From Macrostomum lignano (lineage: Eukaryota): DNA of 64,000 nucleotides. Within the stretch, counting starts at the first letter, position 1; each line of letters starts with the position of its first letter. Below, one piece after another: positions 11,167 through 23,368 of this stretch. The notes beneath the pieces were generated by a model. The model worked only from the letters and a program-made list of their open reading frames with translations. It was not told the DNA's origin and did no database searches. The stretch lies in assembly GCA_002269645.1 (NCBI GenBank), contig NIVC01000483.1:62001-126000 (forward strand), in the 5' to 3' direction. The translations under genes were made by a program, and so were the position numbers.

Positions 11167-12908
11167 AAAATATTTAATGAAGAAATCCATCTATTGTTTC
11201 ATTGTTTAATAAAACATCCATCCAAGATTGCGCAAGAATATTTAAGAGTAATGTATCTGATTTTCCTAATTAATGTAAATTTTCAGGTATTCCTAATCTC
11301 GTAACTATTTTAGCTTTTGAGATGAGTCTAAATTTATTTACTGCACGTTCTACTGTTAGTAGACGCTGGTAAATGAGGTTTGAGTCTCGCTCCACGAATC
11401 TTGGTTGAATTCCGTGTGCGGAATTTGAAATATTCAAATTCCAAGTGTGATCCTGTAGCACAAGCAGACACAGCTGTCACCCCAGCCCCGCAATCCCCTC
11501 CACCCCCCTGTTTCCTCGGCTCTGCACTGAGCTGGGATATTCGTCTGAGTACCTGACAGCAGCTCCGATCCTTCCCAAACTCAACAGCCAGTTCAAGGAG
11601 ATCCAAAATCAGAATTAGGAGTGCCAAATTTTCCACTAAATGATCATAATTTCTTACACCCCAATGTGGCTATACAACCGATGCATCGGTCTCGCTGAGT
11701 CTCTTGGCTTCCTATATAAACCTCAACGCCAATTTGTCTATGACAAAACTATTCTTGGATAGGGGTGTTCGGGTCGGCCATTTTTTCGGGGTTCGGGGTT
11801 TACCGGTACCCCTACCCCGAACCCCGAACCCCGTCCCGAACATTTCTTCCAACCCCGAACCCCGAACCAGGTACCAAAATCCGACCCGACCCCGAACGTA
11901 ACCCCGAACATTTTCACGCTTATTTTGGTCAATCATTTTAATAAATTAATACACGTTTTTCACCGATAAAGGTACAATATTCATTTGTACTTCACTTCAA
12001 TTGTAAGCCTTTTGGGCGCGACGTTAGCTCATGAATGACTTGGGACAAACACAGGTTTATATTTGTTGTATAGGTGTAAATGGTATACTTCTTGCAATGG
12101 GATTGGGATTGAGATGGAAGGAATACCAAGACCCAAGATCTAATAGTAAGATACATGAAAGTTCACAACTAAAATCAGGACCATTTCGTACCTATACTTA
12201 CAACGAAATTGCTTTCAAAGTAATATTACATCTATGAGTTTATTTAAGCTGCAAAAATAGAGTACAATAAAATTAGATTATACCCTGTAGTGTAGATATC
12301 AGTAGAGATAGAACTAGAGCGATAAAGAGATAGCACAGATAAAACAATGATACAATGAAACAGGAGAGTTAATCACAAATATATATTTATTTTTACTTTT
12401 GACTACAGTTAACAGTAAGTCAGTAGTGGTATAACAGAATTGCTATGTAAAAACAAAAGTGACGTCTTTACATAAAATTGTATGCTGATATGAGTAGGTA
12501 ATCATTGTGATAATTGATTATTGGCGACTGATGCGTGGAGAATAATAGTGTATTTATAAATTTTAAGCTTCCTCATCAATCCAGAAGTTCAGACCATGTT
12601 ACACGTAGCATGACCGGATTTTCAGTTCTCGGTTCAGTTCCGAAATTTAAATTAATTCACTCCGGATTGCCTCTAAATAGTTAGTGTATAAACAAAGTAA
12701 AAACATTTCTGCTCCAATTGCACTTAAACAGCAAATAAAAAAGCATTGCCATTGCAATAAATATTTAAATAATATTATTTTTTGATGATAGTTTTACATT
12801 TTATTGTAATTTTTTCGTCAGTCATTTTAGCGCGCATATGAAACTTATGCATACGAAATTCAAAAGCACATTGCTTTCGAATTGCTTGGAGAATGCCTAA
12901 GGCAAAGG

Positions 12909-13087
12909 CAGTGGCGCAACCAGGTGGGGGGCGGGGGCGGTCGCCACCCTCTTATAGGCGCGGAGACCCAAAAAATCAAAGAATCAGAGGGGGACCAAGC
13001 GAATTTTCGCCAAAACAGAGCCACCCCTCTCCCGGGACTTTACCCTCCAAAATCCGCCCCCTCATAAAATTTCTGGTTGCACTACTG
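12909..13087. mobile_element. hAT-like MITE, degenerate
   Basis: TIR CAGTGGCGCAACCAG versus CAGTAGTGCAACCAG (13/15), G/C-rich subtermini; TSD not recognisable. Confidence 0.55.
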
Positions 13088-13504
13088 AACGAAAGTTTCC
13101 TTACACACCCTCTCTTCAATATAAATTTATAATTATATTATATTTCAATATAAAATTATAATATTTTACATATTATAATTTTAATTTTAATTTTAATTTT
13201 AATTACATGTATATATAATTATATAATTAAAAAAGATATTTAATTTATCTGCACTTTCTTTGAAAATTAAATCTCATAAGAATAAAATATAAGCATAAAA
13301 GTCATGCTTAAATGTCTTTTGCTGAGCAAAACTGTCACTCTATAATGATGGTATTAAATATTTACGCGTAGATGAACTTTGTTTTAGTTTTTAGTTACTC
13401 TTAAGACTAGAAAAAAATTACCTGGGACTATATGAAGTATAACTTGTTTCAACTAATTGTTTTACTTAAATGAATAAAAAATATATACACTGTAAAAGTT
13501 AGCT

Positions 13505-14020
13505 CATAACAGCAACAACTTAACAACAAATTATGCAGCTAGCAATCAAAGTCACAGAGCAGGGTGCTTCAGATGGCGCGCCGCAGAGCCTGAGAGCGGA
13601 CGAAGTCCGCCCCGTTGGCAGTGTCGGGCGCCCTGGCGTCGCGTACGTAGGAGGCAGTCCACGTATCGACGGGTTTGGGCCTGACCCCGCCTGAGCAGGC
13701 CCTGCAGAGTGAGCAACAGGACGTCCTGAACAGGTTTTGGCGTGTTGACAACCAGTCCGACGCTCAATGCCACCTTGACCAACCTGTCGATCTGGCGGGA
13801 TGCCACCTTGAACGGACGAGGACAGGAGGGCGAGTTCGTCGGCGTAGCCAAGCAAATAATAATAAGGCGCTTTTCGCCGTGGCGGCGACCGATGCGTCTG
13901 CGCAGCGCAGGAAGCCGTCGTTAGTCGAGGAGACTGCGGTCCGAAGCACCCAGTGGCAGCAGCACGAAGAGAAACGGCGCCAAAGTGTCGCCATGCAGAA
14001 CTCCTGATGAAGTGTCGAAC
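13505..14020 (-). pseudogene. Decayed, internally deleted RTE-clade LINE 3' fragment (RT YADD region and 3' end)
   Basis: LGYADELALLSSSV and VLLLTLQGLLRRGQAQTRRYVDCLL align with the RTE copy at 57946-59520; degenerate (CAA)n tail near 13505-13525. Confidence 0.85.
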
Positions 14021-14029
14021 TGATGATGA

Positions 14030-14480
14030 TTTACATGTATGTAATCGCCCTACTAGTGAACCGTCTTCTCATGGGGGAAGGATCAGATCGTATGACTATG
14101 GATGGCTGCCAGCCGTCTATGACCAGACTATGACCGACAGATCGCCCTTCAGGTTGTCCCGCCCATGCATATTGATAACAATTTTTGGTAGTGCTATATT
14201 AGAGACGCGGTAAGGACCCAAATGTGCCCCATCGATAGCTAAGGTGCAAATATTGATCATCGGGTTATTGCATGACCCACTGGCTGCCACCACTCTGTGA
14301 CCTGGCGAACCTGGATCTACGGTATGACCAGACCTGGCGAGGCCGGAGCCCCGCCTGGGATGGGTATCAAGGGTTGGAGCTAGCGGCGAGCAGCATGCAG
14401 CCGAATAGCTATAATAGGAATCTGCTTGGGCACAAATCGGGAACTCCGGGATCATACAGACGGATTTTTATCAGGGGATC
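14030..14480 (-). pseudogene. Possible decayed LINE AP-endonuclease fragment
   Basis: Only a FPHEKTVH segment resembling the FPHK-x-x-H motif of LINE endonucleases; stops present. Confidence 0.25.
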
Positions 14481-14599
14481 CTTTTAAGGCTGTGATGACA
14501 TACGGTTCAGATTGCAAAAAGTACATGTAGTGTATAGAGAAAACGTAGAACAGCTATACATGTACATCTAGTTTGGATTGATCAATGGGTTCGGGCCTG

Positions 14600-14935
14600 G
14601 CTCCTCATATGAAAGGTTTTCCTCTCCACATGGAGCACCAGACCGCTGATGTGATGAACCACTGCTGGCAGCGTGCGTCTGCGTCGTGGCATGTCAGGTC
14701 CGCTGATACGTCAGCAGACACAGTCAGCATCTCGGTCTTCAATATGCTGACAACGCTTGAACCCACCTCTTTCTGTGCTTTCAACAGACGAGAAAAAGAG
14801 GCTGAGGTCGCCAGCGTTGCCAAACAAGCTTAGGTGTTTTTTGCCGCTGTGGCGAATGATGCGTCTCCACAACAGATAAAAAAGCAGGAAGAAATCTCTC
14901 CATTTCAGCATTCGAGGTGTGCCACGAAGCTCACA
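14600..14935 (-). pseudogene. Older, more decayed RTE-clade RT fragment
   Basis: HLSLFGNAGDLSLFFSSVESTER ~ RLSVLGYADDLALLSSTVEGAQR; SVVSILKTEMLTV ~ GLVVNTQKTVVLC, in a shifted frame. Confidence 0.65.
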
Positions 14936-17149
14936 GATGTTCAATTGAAAAGATATTTTTGGTGTAAAGTCTACTCAGATGTTATATTGCAAAATGCTTT
15001 TAGTTTAATTTTAAAAAGATTTTCCTCGCTGTAGTATGCATTTGATTTTTTGTTTATTTATTTTCGTGGAACTGAACGTGGAACTGAAAATCCGGTCATA
15101 TACACGTAGCACATGTAAAATTATTACTGAACGTAATTTTTTAAATCATCAACTGCAAGACTGAATGGGTCGAAAAACGACAATCGTTATTTACCAGAAA
15201 GTGTAAATGAATCCATGGTTCTATCTGCTATTTCCGTTTCAAATTGTATGTAAAATATAACTTAAGTTGTACCTGAAACTCAACGCATATCTTTCGCATT
15301 GTGGATTTTGCATAAGGAGTAAAAAGTGCTTGAAAATACTCTTGAGAATGATAATTGTTCAAAACCCCGAAAACCCGGTGGCCAAACCCGACCCGAACCG
15401 CGAACCCGGTACCCCTAACCCGAAACCCGAACCCGGTACCAAAACCCGACCCGAAACCCGACCCGACCCCGAACCCCGAACACCCCTATTCTTGGAGTAA
15501 GATTTGCTAATCCTGTTTCTAGTTTCTATAGGATCCCCTTGGCCAGCCCTCGAGCGGACCCATAGCTTTACTAGCCACATTGAGAATCGATATAAGGGAG
15601 AGAACTGTGAGAGGCACAGCTCAATGGGCTTATGCTTCCCGGCTCTAACCCTGTGAATTGCAGACAGGAAACTGCAACAAGGAGAGGCGGTTACTGCAGC
15701 ACAGGCAGGAGTGGCGGCAGGTGTGGCGGCTCTGTAAAATGCTTGAACAGCTAGCGAATTCCTATAACTATAAATGGGAGAAAGGAAAAATTATAGAAAT
15801 TCCTAAGCGAGAAAAAAATTAAAAACTGCTGACGCCGAATGAGCTGTGGAGCTGTGAGCGAGACAGTGACAGACTGAGCTGCCAAGTTGGAAACCCAATC
15901 CATTGTAAAAGCAGATTTTCTCTGTTGAGGGAAAAATGCAAAAAAAGGTTGTATCCAAAGTTTCATTTTGCACTTGGCGCTGTCCACTTTTCGCGTCTCA
16001 GTCGACAGCAGACACTTCAGAGTAACTAACGGAATTTTACATACACTTTAATACACAGCGACTTGTCAAAAACACAAGACAAGAGGAAGTATATTTTCAC
16101 ACAGAAGCATCCAACTTAGTGCATGTCTATGGACGAAACCCCCGAAGAAGCGTTTATAATTTGTCAAATTTTGCTTGTCACTTTTGTCACTTGTCGATTT
16201 GTCAAGTTGGAAATTTTGTCCGACATATGCTTTATGAAATAGGCCCCAGGCATGTACACTCTGTGCCTTGGCAGGTTGGCCCCTCATGGAGTCTAATTAA
16301 TGTACATAAAACATCTATAGAATTACACCGTAGATCACAAGGTCAGTCATCATGTAAATTCCAATTTAATAATAAGATTAATTATAGTTCAGGCCCGGGG
16401 TTCTGATAATTGGATACTAAAAAATTATTTATGAGCCTACACAAATCGATAGGTAATTGATCATGCTGGCATGACTATCTATGGATAGGGTAAGGTAGTC
16501 AATAAAAAGCTTGCTAATTGAATTTGGGCTCTACCCCTATCCCCAATATGATATTTCAGTATCATCACCTCTCTTAGAGAGAATTTCAGAATATCGTCAT
16601 TAATTGCAGTTCCACACACACAGGAAACCCAGAAATTTAATGCTGCATCCCACAGTCTGGGACTCAGCCCACACACTCTCTGGATTTTGAGCACTTTTTA
16701 TACGAGTTCGAATACGCTTGGGAAAAATTTCCTCCTCAATTTTTTTTAAGTAAAAAACTTTCTGCTATTAAACTTTTTGCTGGGCTATTGCGCACGCGAA
16801 TCGAGGGTACAGGGAGTGAGCTAGCGATTTAAAATCCGGGGTCGCTGCACACCCTGTATAAGTAAACTGCTTCGAAAGAGAAATTCACATGTAGCCAGTA
16901 TAAAGTTTTGTACAGACAATGAGTCGTATTTAAAAAGTTTTTAAAGATTAAAATGCTTCAGTCTTTCAGAAGAAAGGCATTTTTCAAGTCGGCTCTTTAA
17001 TCCCTTAAAGTCTGTTTTCTAGCCTAAGATCCCAGTATCAGCATCCCCTTTAAGCCTTGGCATTGCAGGATTTCACATTGATTGATGGCACCTTAGCAAC
17101 TCCCCTTTAGTCATGACCGAAGCCTAACTCTCTCTCTCTCTCTGATGCT

Positions 17150-17365
17150 TGGTCTCTCAGCAATTCCCCCAGTAAGCCTTGGCATCTCCGCAAACCCCCC
17201 CGTGAGCCTAGACATCTCAGCAAACTCCCCCCCGTGAGCCTTGGCATCTCAGCAAACTCCCCCCGTGAGCCTAGACATCTCAGCAAACTCCCCCCCCGTG
17301 AGCCTTGGCATCTCAGCAAACCCCCCCCCCGTGAGCCTAGGAATCTCAGCAACTCCCCCCGTTAG
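17150..17365. repeat. ~31-bp GC-rich minisatellite (GCAAACTCCCCCCGTGAGCCTTGGCATCTCA)
   Basis: About 6 tandem copies with variable C-run length. Confidence 0.85.
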
Positions 17366-17444
17366 CCTTGTTCGTTTTCCTTAAGTTTAAGAGTCAAAGT
17401 TCAGGGAAGGGGAATAAGTATGTCGGTGAGTAGGGGGCCAGAGT

Positions 17445-18118
17445 GTGTCTACCGCAACTATCTACCCTACTACAAGTGTGTCTAGTAAGCAAATATTTAC
17501 CCTACCACAAGTGTATCTACTACAGCAAATATCTACCCTACTACAAGTGTGTCTAGTAAGCAAATATTTACCCTACCACAAGTGTATCTACTACAGCAAA
17601 TATCTACCCTACTACAAGTGTGTCTACTACAGCAACTATCTACCCTACTACAAGTGTATCTACTACAGCAACTATCTACCCTACTACAAGTGTATCTACT
17701 ACAGCAACTATCTACCCTACTACAAGTGTATCTACTACAGCAACTATCTACCCTACTACAAGTGTATCTACTACAGCAACTATCTACCCTACTACAAGTG
17801 TATCTACTACAGCAACTATCTACCCTACTACAAGTGTATCTACTACAGCAACTATCTACCCTACTACAAGTGTATCTACTACAGCAACTATCTACCCTAC
17901 TACAAGTGTATCTACTACAGCAACTATCTACCCTACTACAAGTGTATCTACTACAGCAACTATCTACCCTACTACAAGTGTATCTACTACAGCAACTATC
18001 TACCCTACTACAAGTGTATCTACTACAGCAACTATCTACCCTACTACAAGTGTATCTACTACAGCAACTATCTACCCTACTACAAGTGTATCTACTACAG
18101 CAACTATCTACCCTACTA
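17445..18118. repeat. 36-bp minisatellite (CTACTACAGCAACTATCTACCCTACTACAAGTGTAT)
   Basis: About 14 near-identical copies plus diverged 5' copies. Confidence 0.95.
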
Positions 18119-18806
18119 AACACCAAAGGCGATCTTAGCAAGCAGCAGTATCTCGAGTACTATCTCATCTCCGGTACAGCGCCAGTCTCTCTAGTGTAGC
18201 ACTTGCAACGCCAAGCAGCTAAGCAAATATTGCAGCATGGCTCCGCTCTTCTCTCGGGGCCCATGCAGTGCAATATATTCTACTAGAAGAAGCTGCGAGC
18301 TCTTATCTCGTCTGGGAACACGAACAGACGCTAGCAGATGGTAAGCCTGACAACCAGCCCTCCGTGTTGTATGTAGCAAATAATTAATCCCGAAAATCCC
18401 AACAGGTCTTAGACTCGCTCTTCTGCTGAGCAAATTTTGTCTCAATCTGAATGAATTTGACTGAAGTTGACATCGATTGAACAGTTGAAGAATATAGTTT
18501 GTCAGCTTTCTGCTTTCGCTTGCTATCATTCCCAGCTCACACTGGCAGCGTGTGTGTGCATATTCTTTACTTCAATTCCTGGCAAGACGCATAAAAGAAA
18601 GGCGTTCCATTTTTTGGATTCTTTCTTTTAGAAGCAGCTGCTTTCAGTCACTCTCTCTCTCTCTCTTCCTGTCTCTCCTTTTGTCTTGCTGCTTGTTGCA
18701 TTCCCCAACAGCTAGTGTCACTGTAAACATATTGCTGCAGCTACTCCAGCCCCCCCCCCAGCGACGTGTGTGGCCCTCATAGTCAGCTGACTCAAATGCA
18801 CACAGG

Positions 18807-18911
<105 letters not shown>

Positions 18912-19399
18912 GTGGGAGAATTTTCCTCCCCATTTAAGCGCTGCAAGCCGGGGTGAGAGTGAATGGCTGCATTATTATTCCACCCATAGTTTTTCCTACT
19001 ATCCCCATTCTCCCATTTCTTTACCATTCTTTCCCTCAAGCCATCCCACAGGGCAACTATTGCTGGATCGAACTGGATATTTGCTTCCCTTCTCCCCCAG
19101 TTTCCCTGTCCGGCAACACGTCCCCAATCGTGCAGTTTCCCCAGTTGGCCTGTATTGGCCCAGTTTGAGTCAGTTTGAGTCCAACCCGTTGAATATTTAA
19201 GCAGTGCTGGGGTCTGAAGTTAGCCGGAATGGTTGGGACAGAGCAACAATGAACTGGGGTGCTGCCTCGGATACTATCATAATAGGGAGGCTGCGATGAC
19301 ATTTTTGAGTCGGTTTTATAGAGCCAAGCTCTTAACTAGCTCTGTTTTGTTTAATAGTAAGACAAAATATGCTTATTGTGATCAATGGTCCTAGGCTAG

Positions 19400-19715
19400 A
19401 TATTGAGGAGAGTAGCATTGATAATGAGGGTTGTATGATAGATAATGAGGAGTGTAGGATAAATAATGAGGACTGTAGGATAGATAATGAGGAATATAGG
19501 ATAGATAATGAAGAGTGTAGGATAGATAATGAGGAGTGTAGGATAGATAATGAGGACTGTAGGATAGATAAGGAGGAATATAGGATAGATAAGGAGGAAT
19601 ATAGGATAGATAGTGAGGAATATAGGATAGATAATGAAGATTGTAGGATAGATAATGAGGAATATAGGATAGATAATGAGTACTATATATAGGATAGATG
19701 ATGAGGAGTGTAGGA
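19400..19715. repeat. 21-bp minisatellite (GATAGATAATGAGGAGTGTAG)
   Basis: Tandem copies; the IDNEECR ORF is repeat-derived. Confidence 0.9.
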
Positions 19716-20439
19716 TTCAGTTTTGTTCATAGAACATAAAACTTTAATAATCGATACTACTTTGCTAGAAAGCAAACTGATAACTTGAAATAAGGCCACT
19801 GTTTCAAGCCTGACATTCTGTTTACCAGACTTAATTAGAGCAGACAATTGAGTAGAAGAAAATTTTCATCATTAAATCCAAGCAAAGCTGCTCAGTAAGC
19901 CTTGCTCTACTGCAGAGTTTCTCAGCTCTCTGTGGCCTGCAATGAAAGTGAGACTAAATTATAATACTTTTTTCACACTACAGCAATAATTGCAGCTTAG
20001 GTCATGGGTTGGGTGTGTGCCAGTTTGCATGACTCAAACAGAGTTTTGAGTGATAGGTGGAATTGGCGCCGTATTATCAAATTTCTAGCACAGCCAACAA
20101 CGGCTTAAGCTATAGCTATTCGAGACCAATATTGCTGCTTCCAGAGTTTTTTGTTATTGTTCTACCCAGGAGCAGCACAGCTCTGCGCCTTGAGCAGAGC
20201 GCGTACTGCACTTTTATATTTCATGCTCCACTCGTGTTCACCCGATCAACATACTCGGACGCTGGTACGTCTAGCTGTATCGCTCCTCTCGGATACAAAT
20301 AAGCATTTTCGATTTCTGATGCAAGTGTTTTTTATTCCCCAGCTACATCACGCATCAGTTCTTAAAAATTGAAGTATCACTTACGATACTTGTACCTAAA
20401 GTCACCAAATAGAATATTGAAATAATAGAATAGAATACA

Positions 20440-20702
20440 GAGTCACCTATTACATTACAGAGTCACCAGTTACATTACATAGTCACCAATTACATTACAG
20501 AGTCACCAGTTACATTACATAGTCACCAGTTACATTACAGAGTCACCAATTACAGTACAGAGTCACCAATTACAGTACAGAGTCAACAATTATATTACAG
20601 AGTCACCAATTACATTACAGAGTCACCAATTACAGTACAGAGTCACCAATTTCATTACAGAGTCACCAGTTACATTACAGAGTCACCAATTCCATTACAG
20701 AG
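20440..20702. repeat. 20-bp minisatellite (AGTCACCAATTACATTACAG)
   Basis: About 13 tandem copies. Confidence 0.9.
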
Positions 20703-20949
20703 ATTTTGACACACATGCAAATCAAGACAGACTTAAATACAGTGCTGGGAATCGAAGCAAGGGGACTTGAGTACGAGAGACACTTCAAAGTAGCCTTATG
20801 TTTTAGATTGGAAGCATAATTTATCCACATATTTATTTGATAAAATGCAAAGTTCCTGTCACTGTCGACCAATGGTCCGCATAGGCCCGTGAAGCCTCTC
20901 TATCCGGCCCTCGGGTCCTTTGAAACTTCACACTAGCAATCCGGGGTTC

Positions 20950-21380
20950 GCGTCATTTCATCTTTCTTCTCGGTTCTCTCCTATCTCCTTTCTCCCCTCT
21001 CGTCTATTCTCTTTTCTCTCTCCTCTCTCTCTCTCTCTCTCACCTCTCCCATACTCTTTAATCTCTCCTCTACTCTCTCCTCTCTCTCCTCACCCCTCTC
21101 TCCTCTCTCCTCGGTCTTCTCATGTCTCCTCTCTCCTCTTTCCTCTCCTCTTATCTCTCCTCTCCTCTTCTCTCTCCTCTTCTCTCTCTCTCCTCTCCTC
21201 TCCTCTCCTTCCTCCTTTCTCCTCTCTCTTCTCATCTCTTTCATCTCCTCTCTTATCTCGTATCCTCTTCTCTCTTATCTCTTCTCTCATCGCAGCTCTC
21301 ATCCCGCATCGCGCCTTTCACATCACATCTCATCTCTTCTCATATACTGTATCCTCTTCTCTCTCCTCTATTTTCTCTCG
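20950..21380. repeat. CT-rich low-complexity polypyrimidine tract
   Basis: Direct reading. Confidence 0.85.
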
Positions 21381-21927
21381 TGCGAAATCGTCTATGGTGA
21401 AAACCCAGTCAGCGCTACGCAGAAAATCAAATCTTCAATTTTATAATTTGGGATTCAGAGTCCAGCTGGGGGAGATAACCGGGATTTCAGTGCCATCAAA
21501 ACTGACAGTTTCATATTATAAAAATATCCTATAAAACTGGTGTTTAAAATGAATTGCAACAGGACAGTCGTTTATTAATAGGACAGTTTTAACGATTCAA
21601 TCACCATATATAGCATTCGTCGCTAGTTTATTTAAGTATTTATTTAAAATTATTGATAATCGTAAGACTTATTAAGTTAATTAGAGAGAATGGAGATAAT
21701 AGATTTCTAAGGTTTAGATTTGGTCAAAAAAGCAGTTCAAACACAGTGATGACAGCTTTGGATTAGAGGGCCCTGACAGATTGTGGTATAAATAATGATA
21801 ATAGCAATAGCAATACATTAGCTTCTAACAATGCAGTCAGCTTTTTTCAGATTATAAATATTTATAGTTTCAGTTTGCTCAAATAATATCCGGGCGTAGC
21901 CTCATCAAGCCGTCAGTCAGTAGTTGC

Positions 21928-22389
21928 TCAGGCATGGAAGATCTTCATCTTGGCAGCCATGTTGTTGAACTCGTCGAAGCTGATGGCGCCGTCTTTGTCG
22001 GTGTCAGCCTCGTTCAGCATCTGCTGCAGCTGCTCGTCGGAGAGGCCCTCCTTCAGGATGTCGTTCATGACAGCCCGGAGCTCCTGCAGGGAGATCACGC
22101 CGTCCTTGTTCTGGTCCAGCAGCTGGAAGATCTTCTCCTTCTCGGACTGGGGCCGGTGCCCGCCCTTGGACAGGAAGCTGTTCATCATGTTGACGAACTC
22201 GCCGAATTCCAGGGTGCCGTTCTCGTTCTTGTCGAACTCTTTGATGAGAGCTTCGGCCTCAACTCGGGTGATGGTGTGTCCGGCGGCGCGGATCAGGTTC
22301 ACCAGCTCCTTGGCCTCGATGGTGCCATTGCCATTAGCATCGGCGCTGTCGAACACCTTCTTCAGAACTTGTTCGCTCTCGCTGGCCAT
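21928..22389 (-). CDS. Calmodulin-like protein, four EF-hands, intronless CDS (153 aa); paralogue of 10235-10735
   Basis: Loops DANGNGTIEAKE, DKNENGTLEFGE, DQNKDGVISLQE and DTDKDGAISFDE; a TTGCAG acceptor lies just upstream of the ATG. Confidence 0.93.
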   Translation of the reverse strand: MASESEQVLKKVFDSADANGNGTIEAKELVNLIRAAGHTITRVEAEALIKEFDKNENGTLEFGEFVNMMNSFLSKGGHRPQSEKEKIFQLLDQNKDGVISLQELRAVMNDILKEGLSDEQLQQMLNEADTDKDGAISFDEFNNMAAKMKIFHA

Positions 22390-23199
22390 GGCTTGTTAAT
22401 TTTCGAGTCTGCAATGGAGCTGGAAGGAAACCGACTGAAGGAATGGTTTGCAGCAGCAGCAAGGGGCTTGGCCTGTGGGGGCAGTTTTATTCCCCCCTTC
22501 GCTGGATCGTTTGGCGGAGGGGGGGAGGGGAGATTTGAGGGGCGCCAGACCTCGCGCTGAAGCTCATTGGCCTAAAGCAGTTGTCAGAGCCAGAGTTGAG
22601 TACTGAGCCAAGGAGATCCAGATTCAGCAATCTGGAGAGGAAGCTCTATTGCCTGGAGCGGATCGTGGGACTCTAAAATTACTAGGGCATGGTGTGTGCA
22701 CGAAAAAATGATCCAGCGGTTTGTAGTGCGATTAAAGGAGCTAAAAAAAGGACCTGTTTATGCGCGAAACAGATTCTAACGTGGTCTGACTACAGCTATT
22801 GGCTACTCAAATCATTGAACTCTCCGCTTTAAGGAAATGACAGAAGCATTTTTGTTGCAGGAACTAACATAGGGGATTAATACTCTGTCAGACAGTAAAC
22901 CCGTGCGAGCTAGAAGTCCTCCACTTCCGTATACTCGTAGCTATGCTTTAGACCAGTCTGCTCCCACAGATTAGCTGCTGTGCTCCGCACAACCGTGCCT
23001 AAAGCCGAGCGCGAGTCCTGACTGCAGTGAACAAACAGTGGAGTTATAGTTTGCGTGCGAGTCCATGGACTGCTGCTGGATAATATCTGGACAGCGAGCT
23101 AATGCAAATGCATATAGAGTCGATTAAAGTTATAGGGAGTCTCCAAGTGTCTTTAAAACCTTAGAACGCATTGCAGACATGAAGAATGCAAAATATGCA

Positions 23200-23368
23200 A
23201 AAATCGGGACCCAGAGACTCCCAGGTCTAATCTGGACTCAGAGACACCAAATGTCTAATCGGGACTCGAAGACTCCCAGGTCTAATCGGGACTCAGAGAC
23301 ACCAAATGTCCAATCGGGACTCACAGACACCAAAAAGGTCTAATCTGGACTCAATCTCTAATCGGGGC
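23200..23368. repeat. Alternating 27/28-bp minisatellite (AATCGGGACTCAGAGAC...)
   Basis: About 6 copies, dimeric pattern. Confidence 0.8.

Larger units (their letters stand above)
12609..15100. mobile_element. Nested MULE/Mutator-like non-autonomous element
   Basis: Imperfect ~32-bp TIRs (CATGACCGGATTTTCAGTTCTCGGTTCAGTTCC versus the reverse complement of the 15068-15100 end); 9-10-bp TSD TACACGTAG(C) at 12600-12608 and 15101-15109. Superfamily is inferred from TSD length only. Confidence 0.7.
11760..15488. mobile_element. Non-autonomous hAT element, 3.7 kb including nested inserts
   Basis: TIR TAGGGGTGTTCGGG / CCCGAACACCCCTA; exact 8-bp TSD TTCTTGGA at 11752-11759 and 15489-15496; subterminal CCCGAA/CCCGAC arrays at both ends; no transposase ORF seen. 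Confidence 0.9.

Noticed and set aside
14585-14944. hAT transposase dimerisation domain (LATLATSAS)
   Set aside because: The region aligns better to RTE reverse transcriptase; no transposase is present in the element.
16100-16250. Harbinger-like terminus GCTTTATGAAATAGGCCCC
   Set aside because: No matching left TIR or TSD found.
16808-16858. Tiny Tc1-like element TACAGGG...CCCTGTA
   Set aside because: Only about 50 bp with a 7-bp perfect inverted repeat; not distinguishable from chance without copy evidence.
17445-18118. CRISPR-like appearance of the 36-bp array (also the 31-bp and 42-bp arrays)
   Set aside because: Units are contiguous with no unique spacers, there are no cas genes, and the context is eukaryotic.
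21934-22560. Long + strand ORFs over the calmodulin-like genes (also 10398-10703)
   Set aside because: Antisense shadows of GC3-rich coding sequence with no independent motifs.
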